Shown: positions 50,526 to 63,842 of the stretch, one piece after another | Numbering within the stretch: the stretch's first letter is position 1 | Layout: each line of letters starts with the position of its first letter | NCBI RefSeq assembly: GCF_006345805.1 | Contig: NC_043008.1 | Span: forward strand, 72,726,001-72,790,000 | Direction: 5' to 3' | Source: Octopus sinensis | Taxonomy: Eukaryota | Length of the DNA stretch: 64,000 bases | Program-made: the position numbers and the translations under genes | The notes under the pieces: generated by a model | What the model was told of the DNA's origin: nothing | Databases searched by the model: none | Seen by the model: only the letters and a program-made list of their open reading frames with translations

Positions 50526-50890
50526 AAAAGAACCCAGAAATCGCAAACTTCCACCAAGACAACACCTACGTCCTCTCAACGATTAACCAGAGATGATTTT
50601 TTAAAATGGGAATATCTGAAAGAAACTTGACTGCTCTCACAAACGAGAATACTAAAAATGAACCTGACTGCTCTCAAAAATTAAATAAGAAAACAGGAAA
50701 AATAATCCTGTATCCTTGTCTAGTACTGAATTGATTGCAAAATCTAATCACTTTCTGCCAGTCACGAGGCCAAATATCCCTGAAAGTTTCATCCAAATCC
50801 ATCCAGCAGTTCTTGAGATAGCTTGTCCATGGACAAATAAACAAACACAACTGAAAACAATACCTCCGCCTTAGTGAAGGTGGTGGTAAT
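50526..50890 (-). mobile_element. Helentron-associated non-autonomous element (HINE/DINE-1-like), apparently complete
   Basis: Minus strand starts attaccaccaccttcactaaggcggaggtattgtttt (5' hairpin/subTIR), has a gtttgttt tract and ggatggatttggatgaaactttcagg, and ends cttggtggaagtttgcgatttctgggttctttt (3' subTIR plus TTT). Confidence 0.7.
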
Positions 50891-51009
50891 AATAAGGATA
50901 TGACAATCAACATACATAAGAAGTGGTAAATGTACTCAACCAGAATCATTTTCACTTTAAAAGCAATAAAAGAATGAGCCTTCATTATTTTATGAGAAAG
51001 TTGAAAGGT

Positions 51010-51770
51010 ATTGAGATTTGGAATTTTAAGAGGAACATACTCATTGAGCGTCAAGTGTGAGTGTGATACCCATGGTGACTGGTGCACTTGGAACCTTCTC
51101 AAAGAACATTAAATCTTGGCATGAGAAGTTGAAACTACCAGACATCATTGGAAGTTGACAGCTGTCAAAATCAACTTTGGCAGAGTTTGAACCCAGAACA
51201 CAAAGACAGAAGAAATGCTGGTAAACATTTCATTGCACGTGCTAACAATTCTACCAGCTCACTGCCTTAACAACAACAACAACAATAGTAATAATAAGTA
51301 TAGGCATGACTGTAGTGTAAAAGAGTGCATTGAGATAAGAGCCGAGTTGTGGATTTGAAGTAATGGAAAAATGAATTGAACATGAATGTGAGGCTGTGAT
51401 GTTGAATGATAATTACAGGATTTTATAGGATTTCTCTATTGAGCCTGATCATACTGTGGAAGCAACAAAATCAGATATGACCACAGGGAATAGAAAAAAG
51501 TGTATGATTCTTGACTTTACAGTACCATATCATAATAGAGTTGATATGAAAGAAACTGAGAAAGTTTTTGAAATTTTAGGATATAGCCAGAGAGAGAAAG
51601 ACATTGTGAAAGGCAAAGATAATTATTCCTATAGTAAAAAGTGCACTTGACACAACACTGAAACTGCTAAGAGGCTGAAGGATACTGAAATTGAGACATA
51701 AGCAGAAGTATTGTCAACTAACAGAAATTTTCATTTTGTGTTCTGCAAGATTCCTAAAAAAGACTTTTAT
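51010..51770 (+). mobile_element. Two R4/Dong-type REL endonuclease fragments separated by a SINE piece
   Basis: SVIPMVTGALGT (about 51050-51155); and HECEAVMLNDNYRIL*DFSIEPDHTVEATKSD..KCMILDFTVPYHNRVDMKETEK...IIPIVKSAL...SARFLKK (about 51340-51765). Confidence 0.75.
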
Positions 51771-52494
51771 TTCTGATTTAGTGAGTTTATTAATCAATAC
51801 CATCACCTCACATATTTGACTGGTACTTTATTTTATTGATGCCAGAGGCATGAAGTCAGAGTTAATATTAATGGGATTTGAACTCAGAATGTAAAAAGCT
51901 AAAACAAGTATCACATAAACAGTTTGTCTAGTACTCTTACAATTCTGCAGAAGTTATTGTCATCATCACTGCCGCTCCTGCTTCTGCTAACATCAGTATC
52001 CTCATCATCAATATCATTATTTTTCAAAATCCCAGAGTTTCTTCTCATCTACACATCTAATCCATTTTCAGAGATATTCTGAGAGGGTCTGGTTGTATTA
52101 GGCATTTCTTGAACTTACAAAAACACACACACACACACCCTTAGGCATATCCATGCACATTTGTACCCAGTTTCCTTTTCATATCTCCCTCTGTAAGCAT
52201 CATCATAATCATCACTATCATCTACATATAGCAATAAATATAGCAAAATCCCTTGTAAAAATCAATGGCAACTGCATCTCCTAGTCTTAACAACAGTTGT
52301 CAGTGTGGCACAGTATATCAGCCAGTACAACTTTGCTTCTATGGACACTGAAATTGAGGTCTGATTTTGTCATATTGGGTCATAAGTTTTGCCCAACATT
52401 TAACAGTTGGTAAATGTTACCAATTCTATCTTACATGAAGTCAGTCTTAAGAGTGTCCTTTTAAACCTGTAACATATTTTGACAGCATTAATGG

Positions 52495-52843
52495 AAAGGT
52501 CAATGCTTTGTATCTCGTTGAGAGAGCACATCAGTAGTGAGATCATCAGATAAAAGTCCAGCGTGAGAGATGTCATCGCAGAGTATACACGCAGCAAGTA
52601 TAGATGGGCTGGACACGTCGCCTGGCTCACCGATAATCGGTGGACCCATGCAGTTGTCAAGTGGTACCTGCGTGAGAGGAAAAGACCACCCGGAAGACCT
52701 CCACGACGGTGGAGTTACGATTTTAGGAGGACGATTGGGATCACGTGGATGAGAAAGGCATGATCCAGAGAGGAGTGGACAGCGTGCTGTGACCAGTGGT
52801 GCCAAATGGATGCCTGATGGACTGGTCGGTCAAGGTGAAGGGG
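52495..52843 (+). mobile_element. Young 5'-truncated RTE LINE insertion with 8-bp target site duplication
   Basis: MERSMLCISLREHISSEIIR*KSSVRDVIAEYTRSKYRWAGHVAWLTDNRWTHAVVKWYLRERKRPPGRPPRRW; ATTAATGG at 52487-52494 and 52844-52851; tcaaggtgaagg tail; many CpGs intact. Confidence 0.85.
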
Positions 52844-54804
52844 ATTAATGGGATGAGATCTTAGATCCCTCTCAACACTTGCTTCACTTAACCACAGTCA
52901 TTACATACAACAGAACATGTAAGTTACACATGGAAACATTTAGCCCAGTGTCCTTTAACCACATCACAACCTCAGAAGCTACAATTTAACTTGGAAACTC
53001 CATATCAGTTCTTTGTACAGCCAAAATTCTTAAGTCATACAATCCTGTATGCTTTCCTGCAAGTGGATTAAGTTTCTTTCATTGAGATGTTACCATTAAC
53101 AATAGATGGACATCATTGAAAGACATGTGTTCATTAACGAGCGCCTCATTCTGTTACGGTTAACCAACAAAATGGACAAACAAAATAAAACTTTACAAAA
53201 ATTTTGTTTCACTCTCACACTGCTATATTCCATTAGCAACAGTTGCTAGTTTTTGGTAAAATTCTTTACATAAAAGAAAAAAAAAACAAAACAAAAATAC
53301 TAGCGGAATCAGATAAATTATAACTGTAAGCGATGTTATGTAAATTTATCTTCCTGCCATGCTTTCTGACATTCTCACTTAGAATCAAACCAATACCCAA
53401 CCTGCTGTTATTATTTTATTTTTTGTTTCCCTGTTATTAATACTATGCACGTGCTGGTCATTTTCCTTGGTTTGCTAATGTTGTTGTTGTTCTTGTTGTT
53501 TTTGCTGGTGGTGATTTTACAATAACTCCAGAAGGTAGACAATAAAAAGAAAGAAAAAAAAATTAAGATTAATGCACCAAACCTACCAAAATGTAGAATA
53601 CACTTTTGAAAAGTAACCAATGTCTAAGGTGCTGAAATTGGAACAAAATTAATTGACATGATGTCAAATTTATGTAGATGCATTTCCGTCAAATTGCTAT
53701 TTGTAACAAGATATTGATGGAAAATGTTTTACAAGAGCTACACCACTAGTACCACCACCACCATCACCACCATTACAATCATGGAGGCGATGGTGGTGGT
53801 TTCATTTATGCATTCTATACAGCTTTTATATTTTTTTCTTTCAGAGGAAGAGAAATTTAGTTCCTTTAAAAAAGATAGCTGTAAAAGGACACAGATACAT
53901 ACATACATGTACACACAGAGTATTTTGAATTTGAAATGTTTCTATCCACTTTTGTATCCTCATAAAATATTAAACATGCAGAACAGTGACGATGATGATG
54001 AAAAGTTTATGTGATACATATGAATGGAATACATTGCAGTAGTATTGTGGAGGCTGGTACTCAGGGATCTAAATTCAGATCCTGCTTGGGGTAGCTATCA
54101 TCATCATCATCATTATCATCATTTAATGTCCATTTTCAATGCTGGCTTGAGTTTGACCAGAGCTGGCAAGCGGGAGAGCTGCACCAGGTTCCAGTCTAAG
54201 TTGGTTTGGTGTCTGTGGCTGGATGCTCCTCCTAATGCCAATCACTTTACAGTGTGCGCTGAGTGCTCTTTACAATATGGCAGCAGATTGGGAAAGTCAT
54301 CAAAAGAGTCTGATAGAATGCCTTGTGGTATTTCTTTCTACTCTCATTGCTCTGAATTCAAGTTCCACAAAGGTCAGTTTTGCTGTTCATAAGATGCCTT
54401 GAGGTATTTGGTCCAATTCCTTGCGTTTTGAGTTCAAATTCTTCCATGGCTCATTTGGGTGAAAGATTTACTCTATCACCCAGTTTAATATAATTAGTGG
54501 CACCTGGAGTAGTGAAGGAGTCCTCTCTGATGCAATTATTTGGAGCACGTTTTTGTTGAAATCTTGTTCTTACCATATTTCTTTTGAAATACAAAGTCTT
54601 TGTTTCAATTAATTTTTGAAAATAATGAAGAATTTAGTAAAACAACATGAAACATAAATTAACATGAAGCTTTGTTACTTTAATTTTGATTAATTCAAAA
54701 AACAAGAAGATTGTATATAGAACTCAGACTGGTTGATATTAAAAGTCTTGGAGGCCCTATAAAGGATCATTGGCCCAGGCATCCCACCTCACTAAAACTT
54801 AATA

Positions 54805-54858
<54 letters not shown>

Positions 54859-57449
54859 GTTATAATAATAATAATGATAATCCTTTTTGAAAATTTGGGA
54901 GAGGGCCTAGTCGATTACATTGACCCCAATGCATAACTGGTACATATTTCATCAACCCCAAAAAGACGAAAGGCAAAGTTGACTATGGTGGGATTTGAAC
55001 CCAGAATATAAAGATGGACCAAATGCTGTGAAGCCTTTTGCTTGGCATGCTAACAAATAATAATAAATAATAATGATAATAATAATAATCCTTTCCACTT
55101 TATGCACAAGGCCAGAAATTTGGTGGGAGGGGGCTAAACGATTAGATTGACCCCAGTATGCGACTGGTACTTAATTTATCAACCTCGAAAGGATGAAAGG
55201 CAAAATCGACCCCACAGAATTTGAACTCAGAATGTAAAGATAGACGAAATACCGCTAAGCATTTCACCTGGCGTACTAATGATTCTGCCAGCTCACCACC
55301 TTTAATAATAGTAATAACAATAAATTTCCTTCTGTTGACAAGTATGCTAGGTTTGTCAAATAAATAACAACTAAACATTGAGCATGGAAATTAAGCAAAA
55401 CAATGATTAACAGAATGTAAAGGTTACGTAATGAAGCTGTTCCCTCACACATACGCATACAAGTAGTTTATACAGCAGGTACTTGCAGAAATCTAATAAA
55501 ATTGTCTCTATAAGCTCCAGAGTGGTGTAAACTCCACTGTTTATCTCTGGAGTCTCTAGTACTAAACAAATGGCAGATGAATAGATCGCTGAACAGGAAA
55601 AACAAAACAAGCCACCTGTCTTCCATAGGTAATATTCCCACAGCATCTAGGCAAAATAGAGCAGGCAAAATCATTTGAATGCCGGGCAAAATGCTTTGTA
55701 GTGGTGGTGGAGTACTGAGGCACACAGAATGAAGACCTGCTCATAGACACTGAAAGCCATGGTGTAAAAAGGAAGTTCTAATCCATTGGAATATATATAT
55801 ATAGGAGCAGGCATGGATGTATGGTTAAGAAGCTTGCTTCTTGACCACTTAGACTGATCAAAACCTTGTGTGTCAATTTGGTAGACAGAAACTGAAAGAA
55901 GCCAATTCTATGCATATATTTGATTGTGTGTGCACATGTGTGTTTGTATCTTCTTGTCTTAACAGCACACAATATCTGTGAATGAGTGTAACCATCATCA
56001 AGCCATGTGCTTTGTTCTCAATTTTCCATGGAAACATGTCCAACATGGGAAAATATTATGTAAATTGGAAACAGATAAGTGTTGCAAACAGGAAGGACAA
56101 TCTTGCCACAGAAAATCTGCTGCAGTGAATCCTGTCTAACCCATGCAAGCACAGAAAAATGGAAGTTAAAATAATGTTGCTGATGATGATGATTCAATTA
56201 TAGGTAATTATCAATCATAGATTGCCTGTAATTTAATCAATGGAAAAGTCTGAAAACTCTCCTTAAAGAATATGAGTTATGGAATGCCCACATACTCAGC
56301 AGACTTCTTAAATGTAGTAGTAAACTCCTTCTAATATATTCTGCTTGTAAACTCTTTCTAACGTACACCACATATTTCAAATTCTGAGTGTTTTAATTAC
56401 AGCCATTTGTGTTTGAAATAAATTATTGTCGCAATAATTAGTTTTCATTGACAATAATTATTTAGACAGATATGAGAGTATTTTTATCTCCTCCTCTTCC
56501 CGTCCCCCTCACGTCCTCCTCCTCCGTCCCTCCACTGCTCCGCTTCCAAAGTTCTTGGTTTAATGCGTTAATACTCTTGTGTCTACACAACATACTCACG
56601 TATCCAAATTGGTGAAACTAAATTTTCTGAAATTTGTTTTTAATCAAATTAACAAAGTGATTAGATCAATTACTGATGTGATATACTTTACTGGACACTT
56701 CTCTGATATTTCTTAACTATGTCTCACTCATTTAACTTTGCTAATCACTGTTGATATTATTTATATGACACTGGCCTTTCTATTATATATCTTCCTCTTC
56801 TCAGCAGGCTACCAACTGAACAAATGCCTACAGGCCCACCTGACACCTGACACCTTACAGTGTTTCGCCCTATACAATTCCATCTAATATTTCTTACCAG
56901 CTTACCACTGATTAGAATTCACTTCCTATGGACATTAAGTCATAGATATTACCACTAAACAACTTCATTAATTTCACATGTATAGAAGTTGCTGTCCACT
57001 TTCTCCAGACTAATATATGTTTACATTTAACACCAGTGGTATTAATGCTGTCAGTGTGGATGTGGTGACAATGAATGTGTGGGTAATGTCCACTTCCTTC
57101 TGAATAACACAAACTGTATCAATATTAACAGTGACAGAGCAGAACCTGCTAAGATTATGTGCACTGTCCCCTCTCATGACAAATTCATGTAAGCAATATT
57201 TCTATATCCATTCAAAGTAGCAAGCTGGCAGAATCGTTAGCATTCCAAGCAGAATGCTTTGTGGCATTTCATCCATCATTGTGAGTTCAAATCCTGTCAG
57301 GGTTGCCTTTTCCTTTCATCTCTTTGAGGTTGATAAAATGAGTACCAGTTGAGCACTGAGATCGATCTAGTTGCCCTATCCCTCCACCAAAATTGCTGGT
57401 CTTGTGCCAAAACTTGAAAGCAATATTTCTATATCCATTGTTTATATCT

Positions 57450-58570
57450 TTTAGTATTCTAGTTTAGCCATCTTCTGATATTATTTCCCCAATATGCTAG
57501 TGATTATTTTGTAAGAAATCTTTGAATTTCCAACATTTTTATTTTCTTTCAAATCCCATTGATGTATTCATCAATCACATTGACACATCTACTGAAAAAA
57601 TAGGGGCAAAATGTTTTTGCTTAATGGTACTTAACAAATTTTCACATAACACATACCTGGAGAACATTATTCTACAAATTTTCTCACCAAAGCTTTCTCA
57701 AATACAATACTCCTCTAATAATCTTGTGACAGATTTTATTTTCAACAGAAATTCGATATCAAACATAAATTCTTATATACTTCAGGATATCTTATGTTTT
57801 CTAAGCTGTTATATAATTTAGCGATGGAAATAAATGATTTTGATATCAAGATCTGCCAGTAGTTTCTGAGCTATTTCAATTTTATTCTGCCTCAGTACTA
57901 GATCATTTCTTTTCGTAAAACATCTGCACCATGAATTAATGGTTTTGATATATTTTCTGCATTTGTAGTTGGCTTTAGCTTAGTTAAAGGCAAGAAAAAA
58001 GTAGTTACTATATTTCAGTATTTCTCAATACGTATACCAGCACTCTGTCGGTTACAATGACAAGAGTTCCAGTTGATATGATCAATGGAAGAGCCTGCTC
58101 AAGAAATTAACATGCAAGTGGCTGAGCACTCCACAGAATCATGTACCCCTAATGTAGTTTCCAGGAAGACTCAGCATGACACAGAGTGTGACAAGGCTGG
58201 CCCTTTGAAATACAGGTGCAACTCATTTTTGCCAGCTGAGTGAACTGGATCAATGTGAAATAAAATGTCTTGTTCATGGACACAACGTATCACCAGAAAT
58301 TGAAGTCACAACATTACAATCATGAGCCAAGTACCTTAACCACTCAGCCACGTGCTTTCTCAATACAATAATATGTATTTAGGTGCTGCTTATCAACCAT
58401 GCTGCACTAGATTTGTTTGGTGTGCAAAATAACCTCTTGTACATCTCTAATCTTATGTATGCATCTTTATATATCTTTAATCTTCAAACTCATAATATGT
58501 TCTCAGGTAGACTGTATTATTTTACAGCAGCACGGTTATTGTGGTACTCAGCATTTACTACCATTTCAGC
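57450..58570 (-). mobile_element. Possible second hAT (GTF2IRD2-like) remnant split by a family D SINE
   Basis: Weak motifs in the expected order: SLPENIL..RL, then after the SINE LPLTKLKPTTNAENI, HGADVL and IIYFHR*II*Q (cf. FHCIIHQ). Confidence 0.35.
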
Positions 58571-58574
58571 TTAA

Positions 58575-58781
58575 CCCTTTTGTTGCCATATTTCTATCGA
58601 AATATGCCCTTTTTACTTCAATTAATTTTGAAAATAATGAAGAATATTGTAAAAAAACTTTGTTCTTATTTAGTTGATGTTTGGAACATGAATTAACATT
58701 TAATTTTCATAGGGGATCTTTATTTAGATCACTCTAAAACAGAAAGATTGTATCATAGAATCAAAGGCAGTCTAGGGTGGG
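58575..58781. mobile_element. piggyBac-type MITE with TTAA target duplication
   Basis: TTAA(58571-58574)|CCC...GGG|TTAA(58782-58785); interior related to the reverse complement of 5146-5366. Confidence 0.75.
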
Positions 58782-60354
58782 TTAAACCTTACTTCATGTG
58801 TTTTTTATTCTTAACTGGACACACAATGGGATTTTGTGATGGTTGGAAACTGTTTTATCAGATAGAGTACTGCTGTTTATGTGAAAATGACAACTTGAGA
58901 CTTGCCAAAAACTTCTTTCTTTAAAAGTACCAGAAACTGCAATGTTTATTGTGATTTTCTTGACTGACAAACTGACCAATCGTAGGTGGTTTTGTCTATA
59001 AACAAAGCACAAATTATCTTTATCTTAATTGTCATTTACATGATTTCATGCTGCTAATCTCTAGTTATCTTGTAAACCTTTGATTGAGCGAATGCCTTGA
59101 CAAAGTTGTGTGAAAGGGTATTCTGTTAATGTAGTGAAAACTAAGAACATCATAGGACAATGGCTGACTGTTTTCTGTAATTCATTTTAGCTTATATGAC
59201 TGGTGTTTGTCAGTTAAGTTACTTGTGCTGTTAGCTATGTTAAACAGGCTCATCATATATTTTCATAATTTCATTATAACCTTTCTATTAACCCAGCTTC
59301 TAGTTACAACTACTTACAACTCATCTTTGTTTTTTATCCTACCAAAATCAAGGCCAGTCTTAAATCAACCACACACCAGTTGCATATCTTTATTATTAGA
59401 TCTGCAGTTAGGTGACAAACTGACAGAATTGTTAGCACACTGGGCAAAATGCTTAACAACATTTTGTCCATCTTTACATTCTGAGTTCAAATTCTGCTAA
59501 GGTTGACTTTGATTTCCTTCCTTTTGGGGTTGATAAAATAAGTACCAGTTGAGCACTGGGATCGATATAATTCACATAACTCCATCCCCACTGAAATTGC
59601 TAGCCTTTTGCCAACATTTGAAATCATTATTAGATCAGATGCATCAATTAAGACATCAGTGTATTCAAATATATGGTTCAGGAGCATGGCTACAGATGGT
59701 GCAGGTGACCCCCCAAAAAATTTTTGGAGGCAATGAAAACACTTTGATCATCATGGTAGACCTGAGTTTGAATCCACAAAGCAAATTTCATTCCTGCACT
59801 TTTGGAGTATTACACTTCAATGCATTGTCCTATTATACTCCATTGCATTGTTGGCAAGAAAACACTGTTTATTTTATTTCCTTTTTATTCTCTTCCAGTT
59901 GCAATTAGGCTTTATTATGAATGAAGACATCCTAATTGCCTCATCTGTTAGTATTTTAACTACTTTAATATAAAGTAGTGTTCGAGGTAGTGGTGATGGG
60001 AGTGACAGTACAGTGATAGAGATTGTTGTAGAGATAGTGATGGCAGTGGCAATGCTACTGTTGCTGCTGCTGATGCTGGTGATGGTGATTCTGATGTAAG
60101 CATCAGTCCTACTGTGAAAGCAAAGTGGACTCTTTATATTATTCAAAGATCCAGCAGCGCACTGCTGAGAGAAAGACCTGAACCCTAACCTTCTAGCTGG
60201 AATATTTTTACCTCTTCTTCAAAAAGTACAAAATGATCAATTTCAATTCAAGGTAAACTGTTCAGTTTTAATTAAATAAAATCTAATTTAAATACAATCT
60301 AATTTAATTTTTATCATTCATTCATTCATTCAGAAGTTTAAAAGTGGAAAAAAA

Positions 60355-60385
<31 letters not shown>

Positions 60386-60605
60386 AATATAAATGTAAAA
60401 ATTTTAAACAAACAAAACAAAAACAGGCCAAGAGAAGGTAACTGGGATACCTACCACCTCCACTCTCCACCTCAATGCACAACCAAAATTTGTTCCCTGC
60501 AAAACGATGTAATTAAAGCTGGAATTATCAAATGATTTCACTTCAGTTGTTGCACCTGAGCAGTTCTGCAATGACCATTGTCTAATTCTTAGACTTAGAA
60601 TACAC

Positions 60606-60661
<56 letters not shown>

Positions 60662-61733
60662 TATATGCATACACACACATACATAAATATACATATATAT
60701 ATATATGTGTGTGTGTATGTGTATTTATGTATACCTATGTACATACGTAGAGCAGCACTTAACTTCATTTCTCAAGACACTTTAGAAGTATCCCACTTTT
60801 AACGTTGTTGCGTCTTCTTAAAAGAATACATTATCTTTATTTGTATATTCTATACAACTGACGCTGCACATTATCTTCAACGCTTTCAAAATATTCACTT
60901 TCCTCTTGTTATGTACCTCTCTATTTATACAATGTTATGTGTATATATATGTATGTGTATATATGTATATGTGTGTGTGTGTGTAGGTATGTACTGCTGT
61001 TGTTGCATTAAATTTGTTATGTTTTTCATATTGTATTTGACATAATGTTCTTTCTCTATGATCTTCCATCTCACATTCGTGACTATCGATTTCTTTCTTT
61101 TCTTTCTTTCTTTCCTTTCCTTTTTCTTTTCTCTTTCCTCTTCTTCATGAACAATATAACTTCAAATGAAATGCTGTTTGAAATATTGACATTATAACAC
61201 ACACTCTTTCTCTCTCTCTCTCTCTCACACAAGCACACACACATGAAATTATGTATTCTACAGACAACCATATACAATATATACAGAAAAGCACACCAAT
61301 CAAAAGGCACACACACACACATTCTGTAGACATACATTCTTTACACACAAGCACATGCAGACATACACACATGCATGCACACACGTACTCTACAGCCCTC
61401 CTACACACATACAAGCATATATTCTACAGGTCCCTGCATATATACACACATTCTATGAATACAGACACACACACATTCACCCCCACACACACATACACAT
61501 ATGCATTTGCATCCATTCTGTAGGTACATATGCACACCTTCTACACACATATACACACACATGCTGCCCGCACATGCATGCACACACACAAACACACATA
61601 CACTCTATATGCATACACACACACACACACACATTCTACAAGATCACCTCTCCCCCACATTATCGAACCATCATCTACTAGTATGTATCGACGTTAAAAG
61701 CTTTTTATTTTTCAAACTATCAATTATACTTAC

Positions 61734-61797
61734 CAAAACTTGATATTTACAACAATTTAATCCTTGGCAGGAATAATTCCGAAATATCAACAATGAC
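61734..61797 (-). other. Candidate 64-nt exon, unverified
   Basis: ttttcatttatatttAG|gtcattg...caagttttg|GTAAGTAT; one open frame, [21 protein letters not shown]; no homology recognised. Confidence 0.3.
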
Positions 61798-61859
61798 CTA
61801 AATATAAATGAAAACTTATAGATAATACATGTACATGCATGGGTGCATGTGTTTGTGTA

Positions 61860-62480
<621 letters not shown>

Positions 62481-63579
62481 GGAAAATAAATATATATAAT
62501 ATACACATATTTATATCTATTGCCTGATCATTCATTTGTGAGTGTGTTATGAATGTATTTCTGCCATAAAATATTGTGATCAATATTCAATTTTGTAGGT
62601 TCCATCATGGAACATAATAAGATATAAGATGTTAAGTTCAAATTGTAGAAAAGGCAGTGGGAGAGGAAATTGTTGAATTTCTTACAAATTGTTGAATTTC
62701 TTACAAATGACTAAATTAATGATTTATGAACTAACACACACACATGCACACACAAACAAACAAACTGGTGATACATATTGATTGAAATATTGGTTTCGAG
62801 ATTTGGCACAAGGCCAGCATGTTTGGAGAAGTGGGTCAGTCAATGACATTGACCCCAGTGCTTTGCAAGTACTTATTTCATCAATCCCAAAAGGATTAAA
62901 AGTAAATTTGACCTCAATGGAATTTGAGCTCAAAACATAAAGGCTGACAAAATGCCTGTCGTGCTAATGATTCTTCCAGCTCACCACCTTGGATATTGAA
63001 TGAAGTATCAATGTCATTTCTCCTCCATCAATGCAGGATAAAATTTACTGTTGCTGTTGTTTGGGAATTGGTTAGAATTGAACCAGTAGACTATTATGAA
63101 AGGTATTCTAGCTATGACCAATCTTATTCTTTATATAGGCATAATCTATATCTAAACAGGTGTCGTGTTCTTCTATGCTAAAACACCTGTTTCTGTCTCT
63201 GTCATACTCTAACCTCTCATCACCTAGCACAAATCTACCTCTCTCAATACTACTCCTATCTCAGTTGAGGGGTCATGCCTTGCAAGTTTCTTGGTGACAT
63301 CACTAGTGTCATGTAGAAAACACCCAGTACACACTGTAAAGTAGTTGCCATTAGGAAGGACATCCAGCTGTAGAAACAGACATGTAAGACTATCCAACCT
63401 TTATCAACATGGAAAGCTGATGTTAAAACATAATAGTGATGATATATCTAGAATTGATATTTTTGCTTCTTTAAGACAGTAGGACATAATTTAAGGGAGA
63501 TTTGACTGCTATTTTTAAAAGATCAAGTGATACATTATTTACATTTAACAGATATTTGTCCCCATCTTGTTTGTTGTTA

Positions 63580-63623
63580 ACACAATGTTTCGGCTGATAT
63601 ACCCTCCAGCCTTCATCAGGTGT
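63580..63623 (-). ncRNA. Minimal type I hammerhead ribozyme motif (Penelope-like-element type)
   Basis: acac-CTGATGA-a-ggctg-gagggtatat-cagcc-GAAAC-aTT-gtgt. Stem I acac/gtgt and perfect stem II ggctg/cagcc; the stem III C-G pair is lost (AC/AT, a CpG-type change). Confidence 0.65.
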
Positions 63624-63690
63624 TTGGGGAAATTTCGAACCAGGGTTCTCATTCCTAAGGTATTTTTCGATGCTATTATTATTATTATTA

Positions 63691-63730
<40 letters not shown>

Positions 63731-63797
63731 GGTCACTGCCTGGAATCAAACTCGGAATACCTTAGGAATGAGAGCCCAGATTCAAAATTTCCCCAAG

Positions 63798-63842
63798 ACA
63801 CCTGATGAAGGCTGGAAGGGTATATTAGCTGAAACATTGTGT
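63798..63842 (+). ncRNA. Minimal type I hammerhead ribozyme motif, second copy in inverted orientation
   Basis: acac-CTGATGA-a-ggctg-gaagggtatat-tagct-GAAAC-aTT-gtgt; stem II is retained through G-U wobbles. Confidence 0.6.

Noticed and set aside
59901-59939. 9-bp inverted repeat as a pre-miRNA
   Set aside because: The stem is too short and interrupted by a large bulge.
63154-63192. 10-bp inverted repeat (aaacaggtgt/acacctgttt) as a terminator or regulatory hairpin
   Set aside because: Single short stem with no supporting context; intrinsic terminators are not expected here.
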